A DNA stretch of 32,000 nt, taken from positions 1 to 32,000 of the forward strand of contig NZ_JAYKGW010000252.1 in NCBI RefSeq assembly GCF_035285525.1, written 5' to 3'. The DNA comes from Okeania sp. (lineage in GTDB: Bacteria; Cyanobacteriota; Cyanobacteriia; Cyanobacteriales; Microcoleaceae). The notes under the pieces are model-generated. The model saw only the letters and a list, made by a program, of their open reading frames with translations. It made no database searches and was not told where the DNA came from. A program made the translations under genes and the position numbers. How positions within the stretch are numbered: position 1 is the stretch's first letter; the number at the start of each line of letters is the position of its first letter. Shown piece by piece: positions 1-8,101 of the stretch.

Positions 1-732
1 GAAGATATTAAAATTATTCTCAAAGATGGAGAAAAACTGAAATATGACCGCAAAGATTATCTAAAATTTCACCAGGAACTTTCATCAAAAGACCGAGAAA
101 TTACTATCTTATTTAAAGAGCAACCAATTTTTGATGTTTTGGTTCCCACAGGAGTTTTTAACCCCTATGGTGGTATAGCTGCTCAAGCTTTTATAAGCGG
201 TGTTTTAAATCAAATAATTGATACCAAAGAAAAAAGGGTACTTGACTTGGGAACTGGTTGTGGAGTTATTGGCTTGTGCTGCATTCTTCAAGAAAGCACT
301 AAAGTAATTTTTTCTGACTTGCATCCCAATATTATGCCGATCAAAAGTCATCCTCTATTTCGAGAACAAGATGAAGTCAAGGTACAAGATTTGTGTGCAG
401 GAGAAACAGAGGAATCTTATGATTTAGTGATTATGCCTTTTCCTAGTCGTTCTGTTGATCATAAAATGGAAGCAGATTCTTATGAAATAGGAATATTGCG
501 AAATGACGATCTAGTGTTTCGGGCGATTGAGCAAATCGGGAAGGTATTAGTACCTGGGGGAGAAATGGTATTTTTCTATCGAGTGTTTAATGATCAGTTT
601 CCACTGTATCTGGAAGTGATGGCAAAGTTAGCAGCACATTTTGATTTGACTACTCTCAAGTTACTGTGGTATTCAGGGGAAGATAGCGGACATGGTTTGT
701 TGCTTTCTGTGAAAAAAAATATGCATAATTAA
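1..732 (+). CDS. Class I SAM-dependent methyltransferase (small MTS/HemK-like domain), 5' end probably outside the window
   Basis: Frame 1 is open from nt 1 to TAA 730-732. The track start (TTG 139) is the only in-frame start candidate and sits inside coding-looking sequence, so I treat the gene as 5'-partial. Motif I is VLDLGTGCGVIG, there is an acidic residue after strand 2 (VIFSDL), and DLVIMPFPS occupies the position of the (N/D)PPY substrate loop. Confidence 0.7.
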   Translation, partial: EDIKIILKDGEKLKYDRKDYLKFHQELSSKDREITILFKEQPIFDVLVPTGVFNPYGGIAAQAFISGVLNQIIDTKEKRVLDLGTGCGVIGLCCILQESTKVIFSDLHPNIMPIKSHPLFREQDEVKVQDLCAGETEESYDLVIMPFPSRSVDHKMEADSYEIGILRNDDLVFRAIEQIGKVLVPGGEMVFFYRVFNDQFPLYLEVMAKLAAHFDLTTLKLLWYSGEDSGHGLLLSVKKNMHN

Positions 733-836
733 TAATTGATAATTATTTCTCCCTTTTAGACAGAGGATTGACGCTTAAGGAAAAAAAATTCTTTTTAGTC
801 AATCCTCTTCTTTCTAATAAGAGGTAATTATTAATT

Positions 837-924
837 CAGGACTTACGAAACGCTATTAGTAGAGTGTGTTACCGTCAGTATAAGAGACTGATACGCTATA
901 TATAGTACCTTTGCGGAAGTCCTG
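837..924. mobile_element. MITE, CAGGACTTACG family (88 bp)
   Basis: Imperfect terminal inverted repeats CAGGACTTACGAAACG... and ...TTTGCGGAAGTCCTG, flanked by identical 5-bp direct repeats TAATT (832-836 and 925-929). The ends match the elements at 10784, 16444, 19804 and 26834. Confidence 0.75.
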
Positions 925-1002
925 TAATTATTAAAATAGGATTGCTATAGTATTGTATAAATTTCAATTATATAGCAGTTTTTAATCTGATGGGGTAGCT
1001 CA

Positions 1003-1118
1003 ATGATCCCCCTAAATCCCCCTTTTTAAGGGAGACTTTTAGAATGATACCGCTAAATCCCTCTTTTTAAGGGAAACTTCTAGTTCCCCCCTTTTCAAGG
1101 GTAGTTAGGGGGATATCC
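1003..1118. repeat. Three degenerate ~38-40 bp tandem units, each with a CCCC(T)TTTTAAGGG(G)-type palindrome
   Basis: Read directly: gatccccctaaatccccctttttaagggagactttt / agaatgataccgctaaatccctctttttaagggaaacttc / tagttccccccttttcaagggtagttagggggatatcc. It lies in the spacer upstream of the NTPase gene. Confidence 0.6.
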
Positions 1119-1168
1119 AAAACTGTACCTCACGCTTACTGGGAAATACTATATTAAGTATTAAAACT

Positions 1169-3193
1169 ATGATAGATTTACAACTTCAAGCTCAACTGCA
1201 AAAGAGAAAAAATCCTTATGGAAGTAGTCGAGTCGATCATCCTTTTCAAACACATAACGATGCAGATAATGTTTTTAGTAAAGAATTTCATCGGATACAA
1301 TCTACTCTTAAAGATATTAAGCAAGATATAAATCATCAAAGTAAAGGAGTTGTAGTTGTCGGAAAACCTGGATTTGGTAAAACTCACCTGATGATGCGAT
1401 TAGCAAATAGTAGACTAAGAACTAATCGAGTATTATTTATTCGTCAACCTAATAATCCTGATGCTGTTATTTATCATATTTATAGTCGGATACTTGAATC
1501 TTTAATTAAGAGTATACCAAAAATTAATTACACTCAACTAGAATATTTAATTGCTAATAGTTGCGCCAATATTTTTCAAGAAATTATTGTGGAAAATCCT
1601 CACCTATATGTTAAAAAAACTAGCAAAAAAGATAGGGAGATATTGACAGAAGTCGAGAATGGAAACTATCTAAAATTACTAACTTATTTGTCATCAGATA
1701 CTAAAGCTAGAAGAGAACTTTGGGAGCATATAGAAAATCGAGTTTATTTGTGGTGGGTGACAAATTATTCAAGGGCAGGGTATGGACCAGAAATATTAAA
1801 GGGAATTATCAAGTTTTGTGGATATAAATCTATAGATTATCGTTGCATTATTAGAGAATGGTTGGCAATGAATGAAGTACCTGCCAAATACTTGGATAAA
1901 GTTAGAATATCATCCTGGAGTCAAAGTATAAATCAAGAAGAAGTATCTCTAGAAGCATTAAAGATATTTGGGTATTTATCACTTTTAGATGAACCTTTAA
2001 TTATTGTATTTGATCAGTTAGAAGGTTTGGGCAGGGAATACAATCAAAATCTTTTGTACAGTTTTGGAGAAGCTATCAAAGAAATTTTTACCCATGTGCC
2101 AAATAGTTTGATTATTTTCAATTTATTTCCTGATCGCTGGGAACAGTTGCAAGAGGAGTTTGATGATTCTATTATAGATAGAATTTCTCAATGTCAAGTA
2201 TTTTTAGAAAAACCATCTGAAGAACAATTGAAAGCAATTCTGAATGAAAAATTAAAGTCTATTAATATTTCGATAGAACAAATTTTTACTCCTGAAGAAA
2301 TTCAGATTATTTTAAATAGAAATTCTGTCCGGGGAATTATTAATTCTGCATCTGATTTCTATAATTATAAAATTCATAGCATCCCCTTACCTGAATATCT
2401 GAATTTAGAAACAAGCAATACAATAAATTCACAATCTAATTCCCATTTACAAAGTTTAAGTTCCGAGATTAAACAAATTAAAGAAGTTGTTCTCAAAATT
2501 GCGGAAAAACTGGATATTGAATCTAATATTGCCTCTAATTTAGAAACAAAAGTTGAGCAAAATGGTGAAACTTCTATTGTTGATAATTCTACTCAAAGTA
2601 ATGGTGATCAAATGATTACTGATTATCTAAATCAGCAATATTCTGAACTAGAAGAAAACTATCATGAATCTCAAGTTATTACCAGTAGTGATGACCGAGG
2701 AAAATTAGAGAAAATATTTGCATCTTTGAAAACAATTAAACCAGATATTCAGTTAGATTCCTTGGGGTTAGATAATCAGAAAAAAATTCCCGATCATTTA
2801 GTTATCCAGATAGGAGATATCGGTTATGCTATCAGTTTTTTATACGATTCAGGAAACGCTTTTTGTGCGCGGATGAATAACTGGAATGAATTAGTGGTAA
2901 AAAATTCTCATCTCAACTTTTATATATATCGAGATGATAGAATTTATCAAGTTAGTGGTGAAAAAAGTTTGGCAGTATTAGATAAATTTAAACAGTTTAG
3001 TAATGCAGAATATATGGTTTTGAAAAAAGATGAGCGAATTGTTTTTGAATTGGTTTATCAAATGATTGTAGATATTCAAAATCAAGATTTAGAGGTGAAA
3101 TTAGATGAAGCTTTATCAGTTGTTTTAACAAGATATTCACATCATTCGTTATTAAAAACAGCTCATAAGATTATAGGAAATATTCAGACTTAA
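1169..3193 (+). CDS. Large P-loop NTPase of unknown function (674 aa)
   Basis: Long ORF starting at ATG 1169. Walker A is GKPGFGKT (aa 65-72, nt 1361-1384). A Walker B-like hydrophobic strand plus acidic residues, PLIIVFDQLE (aa 276-285), sits unusually far (~200 aa) from Walker A. A Ser/Asn/Gln-rich, coiled-coil-like linker covers about aa 415-500. I cannot assign the C-terminal ~170 aa to any family. Confidence 0.75.
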   Translation: MIDLQLQAQLQKRKNPYGSSRVDHPFQTHNDADNVFSKEFHRIQSTLKDIKQDINHQSKGVVVVGKPGFGKTHLMMRLANSRLRTNRVLFIRQPNNPDAVIYHIYSRILESLIKSIPKINYTQLEYLIANSCANIFQEIIVENPHLYVKKTSKKDREILTEVENGNYLKLLTYLSSDTKARRELWEHIENRVYLWWVTNYSRAGYGPEILKGIIKFCGYKSIDYRCIIREWLAMNEVPAKYLDKVRISSWSQSINQEEVSLEALKIFGYLSLLDEPLIIVFDQLEGLGREYNQNLLYSFGEAIKEIFTHVPNSLIIFNLFPDRWEQLQEEFDDSIIDRISQCQVFLEKPSEEQLKAILNEKLKSINISIEQIFTPEEIQIILNRNSVRGIINSASDFYNYKIHSIPLPEYLNLETSNTINSQSNSHLQSLSSEIKQIKEVVLKIAEKLDIESNIASNLETKVEQNGETSIVDNSTQSNGDQMITDYLNQQYSELEENYHESQVITSSDDRGKLEKIFASLKTIKPDIQLDSLGLDNQKKIPDHLVIQIGDIGYAISFLYDSGNAFCARMNNWNELVVKNSHLNFYIYRDDRIYQVSGEKSLAVLDKFKQFSNAEYMVLKKDERIVFELVYQMIVDIQNQDLEVKLDEALSVVLTRYSHHSLLKTAHKIIGNIQT

Positions 3194-3493
3194 TCCTTGT
3201 AATAATTTACAGCAATTTCCGAGTTAGTGAGGTACAAAATTTTATTTAGTAATGAATGACCACCCTGGAGCCTTTATTCAATGGCCATTCGTTTCTGATC
3301 AGCAATTTAGAACCTTCTCTAAGTTGGAAAGATTTGTTGAGATTTTGTATAAGAGGAAACAGTCTATTACGAGTTTTGTACTAAATTAGCTATGTTAGTC
3401 TCATAGTAACTTTTGCCTGACAAATCTAATGGACTGTTTCATCTAGAATAGTGCATTAGATTTGCCGTTGTGGTCAGAGAAAGTTATCTAATG

Positions 3494-3616
3494 TAGAATC
3501 CGGATAATTATTATCCAAGTCATTGCCACTGGAACTCCGTGGAAGGAAACAATCTCCGTCCACCCCTGAGATTGCTTCCGCTTAGTCGATAGGGACAAGA
3601 GTTCAATCGGATTCTA
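3494..3616. mobile_element. MITE-like element with TAGAATCCG terminal inverted repeats
   Basis: Left end TAGAATCCGGA (3494-3504) and right end ATCGGATTCTA (3606-3616) are inverted copies. The left half resembles 11418-11470, and the ends resemble the element at 11608-11709. Confidence 0.55.
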
Positions 3617-3681
3617 TGGAAGCGCCGATTTGCGATTGTACCATTTATTTTCGGTGTGTAAGTCTACTATTTCCTAATTTT

Positions 3682-4842
3682 ATGATTAAAAATAAACATA
3701 ATAAGTTATTAACTCAAATCAGCATCATAGCAGCAATAACTTTAATTTTTGCTATTATTATGCCATTAGTTTTACCAGGGTTTAGACTAAAACTATTAGG
3801 GCGTTTTCTATCTTTAGCAATTGTGGCTTTAGGTATAGATTTAATCTGGGGTTATACTGGTTTATTAAGTTTAGGGCATGGGATATTTTTTGCCCTAGGA
3901 GGTTATGCTTTTGCTATGCACCTCAAACTCCAATTGCCAGCAGGTCAATTACCAGAATTTTTTACTCTTTATGGTGTGGAAAAACTACCTCTATTTTGGC
4001 AACCTTTTCATTCATTTCCGGTGACAATTTTAGCAATTATAATTATTCCAGGTATAACTGCAGCAATTCTCGGTTATTTGGTATTTAAAAATCGGATTAA
4101 AGGAGTTTACTTTTCTATCCTTACTCAAGCAGCTTTACTGGTATTTTTTAACTTCTTCAACGGTCAACAAAAATTAATTAATGGTACAAATGGTTTAAAA
4201 ACAGATACAGAAGAAATTTTCGGTATTTTAGCAGGTTCAGAACCAGCACAATTAATATTTTATGAAGTAACAATTGTTAGTCTTCTAGCAACTTATTTAA
4301 TTTGTCGTTGGTTAACCAGTGGCAGATTTGGTCGTTTATTAATTGCCATTAGAGACGATGAAACGAGGGTAAGATTTTCTGGATATAATCCCACCGAATT
4401 TAAAGTTTTAGTATTTGCTATTTCTGGAGCGATCGCTGGAATTTCTGGAGCATTATATGGAGTTCAAAGTGGAATTGTGACTCCGAGTTATATGGAAGTA
4501 GCTTTTTCAATTGAAATGGTTATTTGGGTAGCTGTAGGAGGAAGAGGAACTTTAATTGGGGCAATTATTGCTACATTATTAGTTAATTTCGGACGTACTT
4601 TTTTGAGTGAACAATTTCCGGAAATTTGGTTATTCTTTCAAGGAGCATTATTCTTATTAGTTGTGACAGTATTGCCTAATGGAATTGTTGGTTGGTGGCA
4701 AGAATATGGTTGGGTGAAATTGCAATCTATTCTTGGTCTTTCTTATCCACTTATGACTTATCCTCATATAGAGAAAAATCCAGAATTTCAGCTAGAAAAA
4801 GAAAAAATAGAAAAGTCAAAATTAGGGAAAGGATTTAGGTAA
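3682..4842 (+). CDS. urtC: Urea ABC transporter permease UrtC (LivM-type)
   Basis: Multi-TM permease with the UrtC-like stretch LSLGHGIFFALGGYAFAMHLKL, followed by urtD and urtE. I prefer ATG 3682 (MIKNKHNKLL...) to the track ATG 3616. The A of the 3616 ATG is the last base of a repeat-element TIR, and the 22 extra residues are Cys-rich and look non-native. Confidence 0.85.
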   Translation: MIKNKHNKLLTQISIIAAITLIFAIIMPLVLPGFRLKLLGRFLSLAIVALGIDLIWGYTGLLSLGHGIFFALGGYAFAMHLKLQLPAGQLPEFFTLYGVEKLPLFWQPFHSFPVTILAIIIIPGITAAILGYLVFKNRIKGVYFSILTQAALLVFFNFFNGQQKLINGTNGLKTDTEEIFGILAGSEPAQLIFYEVTIVSLLATYLICRWLTSGRFGRLLIAIRDDETRVRFSGYNPTEFKVLVFAISGAIAGISGALYGVQSGIVTPSYMEVAFSIEMVIWVAVGGRGTLIGAIIATLLVNFGRTFLSEQFPEIWLFFQGALFLLVVTVLPNGIVGWWQEYGWVKLQSILGLSYPLMTYPHIEKNPEFQLEKEKIEKSKLGKGFR

Positions 4843-5000
4843 GGATTCAGCAGTCAGCTATCAGCTATTTGTTTTGTTCAGCTAAAGTTAAATATTACAA
4901 AAAATCTAGGTTTTTTGCTGTTTGCCTAACATTCAGGAGTAAAAGCTGATATCTAATAGCTGAACGGTTACAAATTAGGTTCAGATGAGGTAAAAAACAA

Positions 5001-5744
5001 TTGGTAGAAAAAATTTTAGAAATTCAAAACTTAACGGTGAGCTTTGATGATTTTAAAGCTTTGAATAACCTCAATTTTTCGATGGATATTGGTGAATTAC
5101 GAGTAATTATTGGTCCTAATGGAGCTGGAAAAACTACTTTTTTAGATGTTATTACTGGGAAAGTTCAACCAACAACCGGAAAAGTTTTATTTAAAGGTAA
5201 AAGTTTAACTAAAATGCCCGAAAATAAAATCGCTTCTATCGGGATTGGGCGTAAATTTCAAACACCGAGAGTATATCTGAATCTAACTGTTAGAGAAAAT
5301 TTAGATTTAATTATTAATCGCCATAAAGGAATAATTCCTACTTTATTTCGCAAAGTTCCTGTAGCAGAAGTTAGAAGTGTCGCTGGTTTATTGGAAATTA
5401 TAGGTTTAATTGGAAAAGCAAATATTAAAGCTGCTTTTTTATCTCATGGTGAAAAACAACGTTTAGAAATAGGAATGTTAGTTGCTCAATCTCCAGACTT
5501 ATTGTTAATAGATGAACCTGTAGCTGGTTTAACTGATGAAGAAACAGAAAATATTGGTTCTATTCTATTAAATTTAGCTGCTAGTCATTCAGTTATTGTG
5601 ATTGAACATGACATGGAATTTGTTCGTCAAATCGCTAAAAAAGTAACTGTTTTACATCAGGGTTCTGTACTTTGTGAAGGAACTATGGATGAGGTGCAAA
5701 ATGACCCTAGAGTTATAGAAGTTTATTTAGGAATCAGTGATTAA
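5001..5744 (+). CDS. urtD: Urea ABC transporter ATP-binding protein UrtD
   Basis: Walker A GPNGAGKT, signature LSHGEKQRLEIG, Walker B LLLIDEP, and the UrtD-like stretch IGIGRKFQTPRVY. Start is TTG 5001 with GAGG about 10 nt upstream; no in-frame ATG is nearby. Confidence 0.85.
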   Translation: MVEKILEIQNLTVSFDDFKALNNLNFSMDIGELRVIIGPNGAGKTTFLDVITGKVQPTTGKVLFKGKSLTKMPENKIASIGIGRKFQTPRVYLNLTVRENLDLIINRHKGIIPTLFRKVPVAEVRSVAGLLEIIGLIGKANIKAAFLSHGEKQRLEIGMLVAQSPDLLLIDEPVAGLTDEETENIGSILLNLAASHSVIVIEHDMEFVRQIAKKVTVLHQGSVLCEGTMDEVQNDPRVIEVYLGISD

Positions 5745-6007
5745 ATAAGGAAGAAGGAGGAAGGAAGAAGGAGTAAATTTTTAAAAAAAGGGGAAAAATC
5801 AATTGATATATTTCCCAGAATTAGTTATAGTTAAGGTTTGTCTTGTACTGTTTTCTCTATCTCCTAAGATAACTAATCAGTGAATAATTAATAATTAATA
5901 ATTGAAGATTTTTTTTTAATATTTACCAACTTCCATTTACGGGAAGAAGCCGGGTTTCTGGATTAGTAAATATTTCCTTTTTCTCCCTAATCCTTATTAT
6001 AATAACT

Positions 6008-6757
6008 ATGAATTTTAATATGCAAAATCAAACTGATAAGAATCAAATTAATCATAACACTCTACAAATATCTAATCTAGATGTATTTTATGGAGAAAGT
6101 CATATTCTCAGGGATGTCGATTTAAGTGTAAAACGAGGCGAAATGGTATGTTTAATTGGTAGAAATGGAGTCGGTAAAACCACATTATTAAAAACAATAA
6201 TGGGATTACTAAAACCACGGAAAGGAACAATTAATTTATGGGATAAACCCATCTTTAATCTGACAACAGACCAACGGGCTCGTTTAGGTATCGGTTATGT
6301 TCCCCAAGGTAGAGAAATTATCCCCAGATTGACAGTAAAAGAAAATTTATTGCTGGGTTTAGAAGCCAGAAAAGAAGGTGGAGAAAATAGGGAAATACCT
6401 GAAGAAATCTTCGAGTTATTTCCAGTTCTAAAAACAATGTTATTTAGAATGGGAGGAAACTTAAGCGGAGGTCAACAACAACAACTAGCGATCGCTCGTG
6501 CTTTGATGGGTAAACCAAACTTACTTTTATTAGATGAACCAACGGAAGGGATTCAACCTTCGATTATTTTAGAGATAGAAACTGCAGTTAGAAATATTAT
6601 TGAAAGTAGAAGTATTTCTGTGCTTTTAGTCGAACAACATCTTCATTTTGTACGGAAAGCAGACCGATATTATGCCATGCAAAAAGGAGGAATTGTGGCA
6701 TCAGGAAATACCACAGATCTAACTCAAGAAATAATTCAAAAATTCTTAGCCGTTTAG
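6008..6757 (+). CDS. urtE: Urea ABC transporter ATP-binding protein UrtE
   Basis: Walker A GRNGVGKT, signature LSGGQQQQLAIARAL, Walker B LLLLDEP, and the UrtE-like stretches YGESHILR and GIGYVPQGREIIP. Confidence 0.85.
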   Translation: MNFNMQNQTDKNQINHNTLQISNLDVFYGESHILRDVDLSVKRGEMVCLIGRNGVGKTTLLKTIMGLLKPRKGTINLWDKPIFNLTTDQRARLGIGYVPQGREIIPRLTVKENLLLGLEARKEGGENREIPEEIFELFPVLKTMLFRMGGNLSGGQQQQLAIARALMGKPNLLLLDEPTEGIQPSIILEIETAVRNIIESRSISVLLVEQHLHFVRKADRYYAMQKGGIVASGNTTDLTQEIIQKFLAV

Positions 6758-6905
6758 GGAGTGCGAAGTAGAAAAAAATCCTGCTTTTTATTTGATTTTA
6801 CCTCCATGCAAAAATTCAGATATTTCCTAACTCAAAAAATCAAGTTTATGTATTAGCTCAATATTATAAATATAGCAATTATAAATATGGTGTAATATTT
6901 ATCGC

Positions 6906-6939
6906 AGGGGTTTGGTCTCCAAACCCCTACAGTTTTTTT
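6906..6939 (+). terminator. Hairpin plus T-run, candidate intrinsic terminator after urtE (also a copy of the GGGGTTTGG hairpin repeat)
   Basis: Perfect 10-bp stem AGGGGTTTGG (6906-6915) / CCAAACCCCT (6919-6928) with a 3-nt loop, then ACAG and T7 (6933-6939). It lies 149 nt after the urtE stop. Confidence 0.55.
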
Positions 6940-6981
6940 CGCAAATCATTTAAGATTTCAATAATGACTAGGAGGAAAAAA

Positions 6982-7682
6982 ATGACGATTATTTTACCTA
7001 GAGAAAAAAAGACAATTTCTATTCCCCCCCCCTAGAAAATGGAGATAACCTTACCTCCTTAGAATTTGAGCGACGCTACAACGCAATGCCACATCTAAAA
7101 AAAGTCCAACTTATTGAAGGAAAAGTTTATATGGCCTCACCATTGAGATTTGAACCCCATGCCGAACCTCATGCTAATATAATAATTTGGTTAGGAAATT
7201 ACAAAATTGCCACTTCTGGGGTCAGACTGGGAGATAATCCTACTGTCAGACTAGACCTGGACAATGAACCTCAACCAGATGTAGGCTTAATTTATAGATA
7301 GTCAATTTGGGGGGGGCAGTCTCGTCTGAGGGATGATGGGTATATTGAGGGAGCGCCCGAACTTGTAGTCGAAATAGCAGCTAGTACCACAACTATTGAT
7401 TTGAATGAGAAAAAAAGAGCTTATCGCCGGAATGGGGTCAAAGAATATATTGTCTGGCAAGTGATTGATAATAAGTTTGACTGGTTTGTACTAGAGGGCG
7501 GAGATTGTACCACACTAACTGCCAATAATGACATAATTCAAAGTCGAATATTTCCAGGATTATGGTTATCCGTCTCGGCACTTTTAGCAGGAGATATGGC
7601 AGAAGTTCTCAAAACTCTACAAACTGGGTTAGCTTCTCCAGAACATCAGACTTTTCCAGAAAAACTGAGTAATAAATCTTGA
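6982..7682 (+). pseudogene. Uma2-family (DUF820) endonuclease gene, disrupted twice
   Basis: AGGAGG (6970-6975) sits 6 nt before ATG 6982. Frame 1 reads MTIILPREKKTISIPPP and then hits TAG. The family-typical continuation LENGDNLTSLEFERRYNAMPHLKK... is in another frame and would be restored by one extra C in the C9 run (7024-7032). An in-frame TAG at 7299-7301 then splits ...[10 protein letters not shown] from [26 protein letters not shown]... The track reports only fragments 7086-7301 and 7401-7682. Confidence 0.8.
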
Positions 7683-7730
7683 GTCATCAACTTTAACTTC
7701 TGACTTATGAATTTTGACTTTTGACATATC

Positions 7731-7971
7731 TAATTTTGTGCATGAGGGCGGGTTTATAGCAGAAGGAAGAAGGAAGAAGGAAGAAGGAAGAAGGAAGAAG
7801 GAAGAAGAAAGAAGGAAGAAGAAAGAAGAAAGAAGAAAGAAGAAAGAAGAAAGAAGAAAGAATCTGGCGTTGTCTGAGTTTTCAGCTTTTGAACTGTCCT
7901 AACCTTTGCTTTGACTGCTGTATCTAAATCTTAGGGTAAGCATAAACATTTCTTATCAAACCCGCCCCTAC
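7731..7971. mobile_element. GGGCGGGTTT...AAACCCGCCCC family repeat element carrying the heptamer tract
   Basis: The left end TAATTTTGTGCATGAGGGCGGGTTTA resembles 24604-24630. The right end AAACCCGCCCCTAC (7958-7971) resembles 10951-10960, 11594-11604 and 11803-11816. Confidence 0.45.
7761..7862 (+). repeat. 102-nt uninterrupted homopurine tract made of heptamers
   Basis: Counted directly: 6 x AGAAGGA, 1 x AGAAGAA, 1 x AGAAGGA, 6 x AGAAGAA, plus AGAA. There is no pyrimidine between 7761 and 7862. Confidence 0.95.
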
Positions 7972-7997
7972 TGTTGGATGATTTAAGGTATGCCAAT

Positions 7998-8042
7998 CCC
8001 CTACTCCCTACTCCCTACTTCCTACTCCCTACTCCCTATTCT
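7998..8042 (+). repeat. STRR-like heptamer tract (CTACTCC)n
   Basis: cccctactccctactccctacttcctactccctactccctattct: about six heptamers, with two variant units. Confidence 0.9.
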
Positions 8043-8101
8043 GCAGCAAAAGAGACTATAATCTACTAAAAATAATAATATATAAGATTTGGAGGAGAGT
8101 C

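Noticed and set aside
1178-1387. Short ORFs overlapping or antisense to well-supported genes: 1178-1387, 8916-9137, 10228-10410, 12098-12316, 14418-14606, 15775-15993, 16041-16265, 17412-17594, 17980-18180, 18177-18386, 20319-20522, 21178-21372 and 31224-31460
   Set aside because: Each is nested in a longer ORF that has clear family motifs. Their translations are low-complexity or odd in composition. They look like shadow ORFs.
3194-3681. NtcA-type binding site (GTA-N8-TAC) upstream of urtC, and also in the 24411-25509 spacer
   Set aside because: By eye I found only off-spacing matches, for example GTA-N9-TAC at about 25098-25112. Nothing canonical is present, so no regulatory site is claimed.
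7302-7320. G-run (7309-7316) as a second frameshift site in the Uma2 gene
   Set aside because: I first assumed the break between the two track fragments was a slip in this G-run. Both fragments are in fact in the same frame, and the only lesion is the in-frame TAG at 7299-7301. The G-run encodes the family-typical WGGQ.
7714-7902. 62-aa ORF encoding EGRRKKE-type repeats
   Set aside because: It is simply the translation of the AGAAGGA/AGAAGAA heptamer tract (7 nt x 3 gives a 21-nt period). It starts at TTG inside a repeat element and shows no coding signal.
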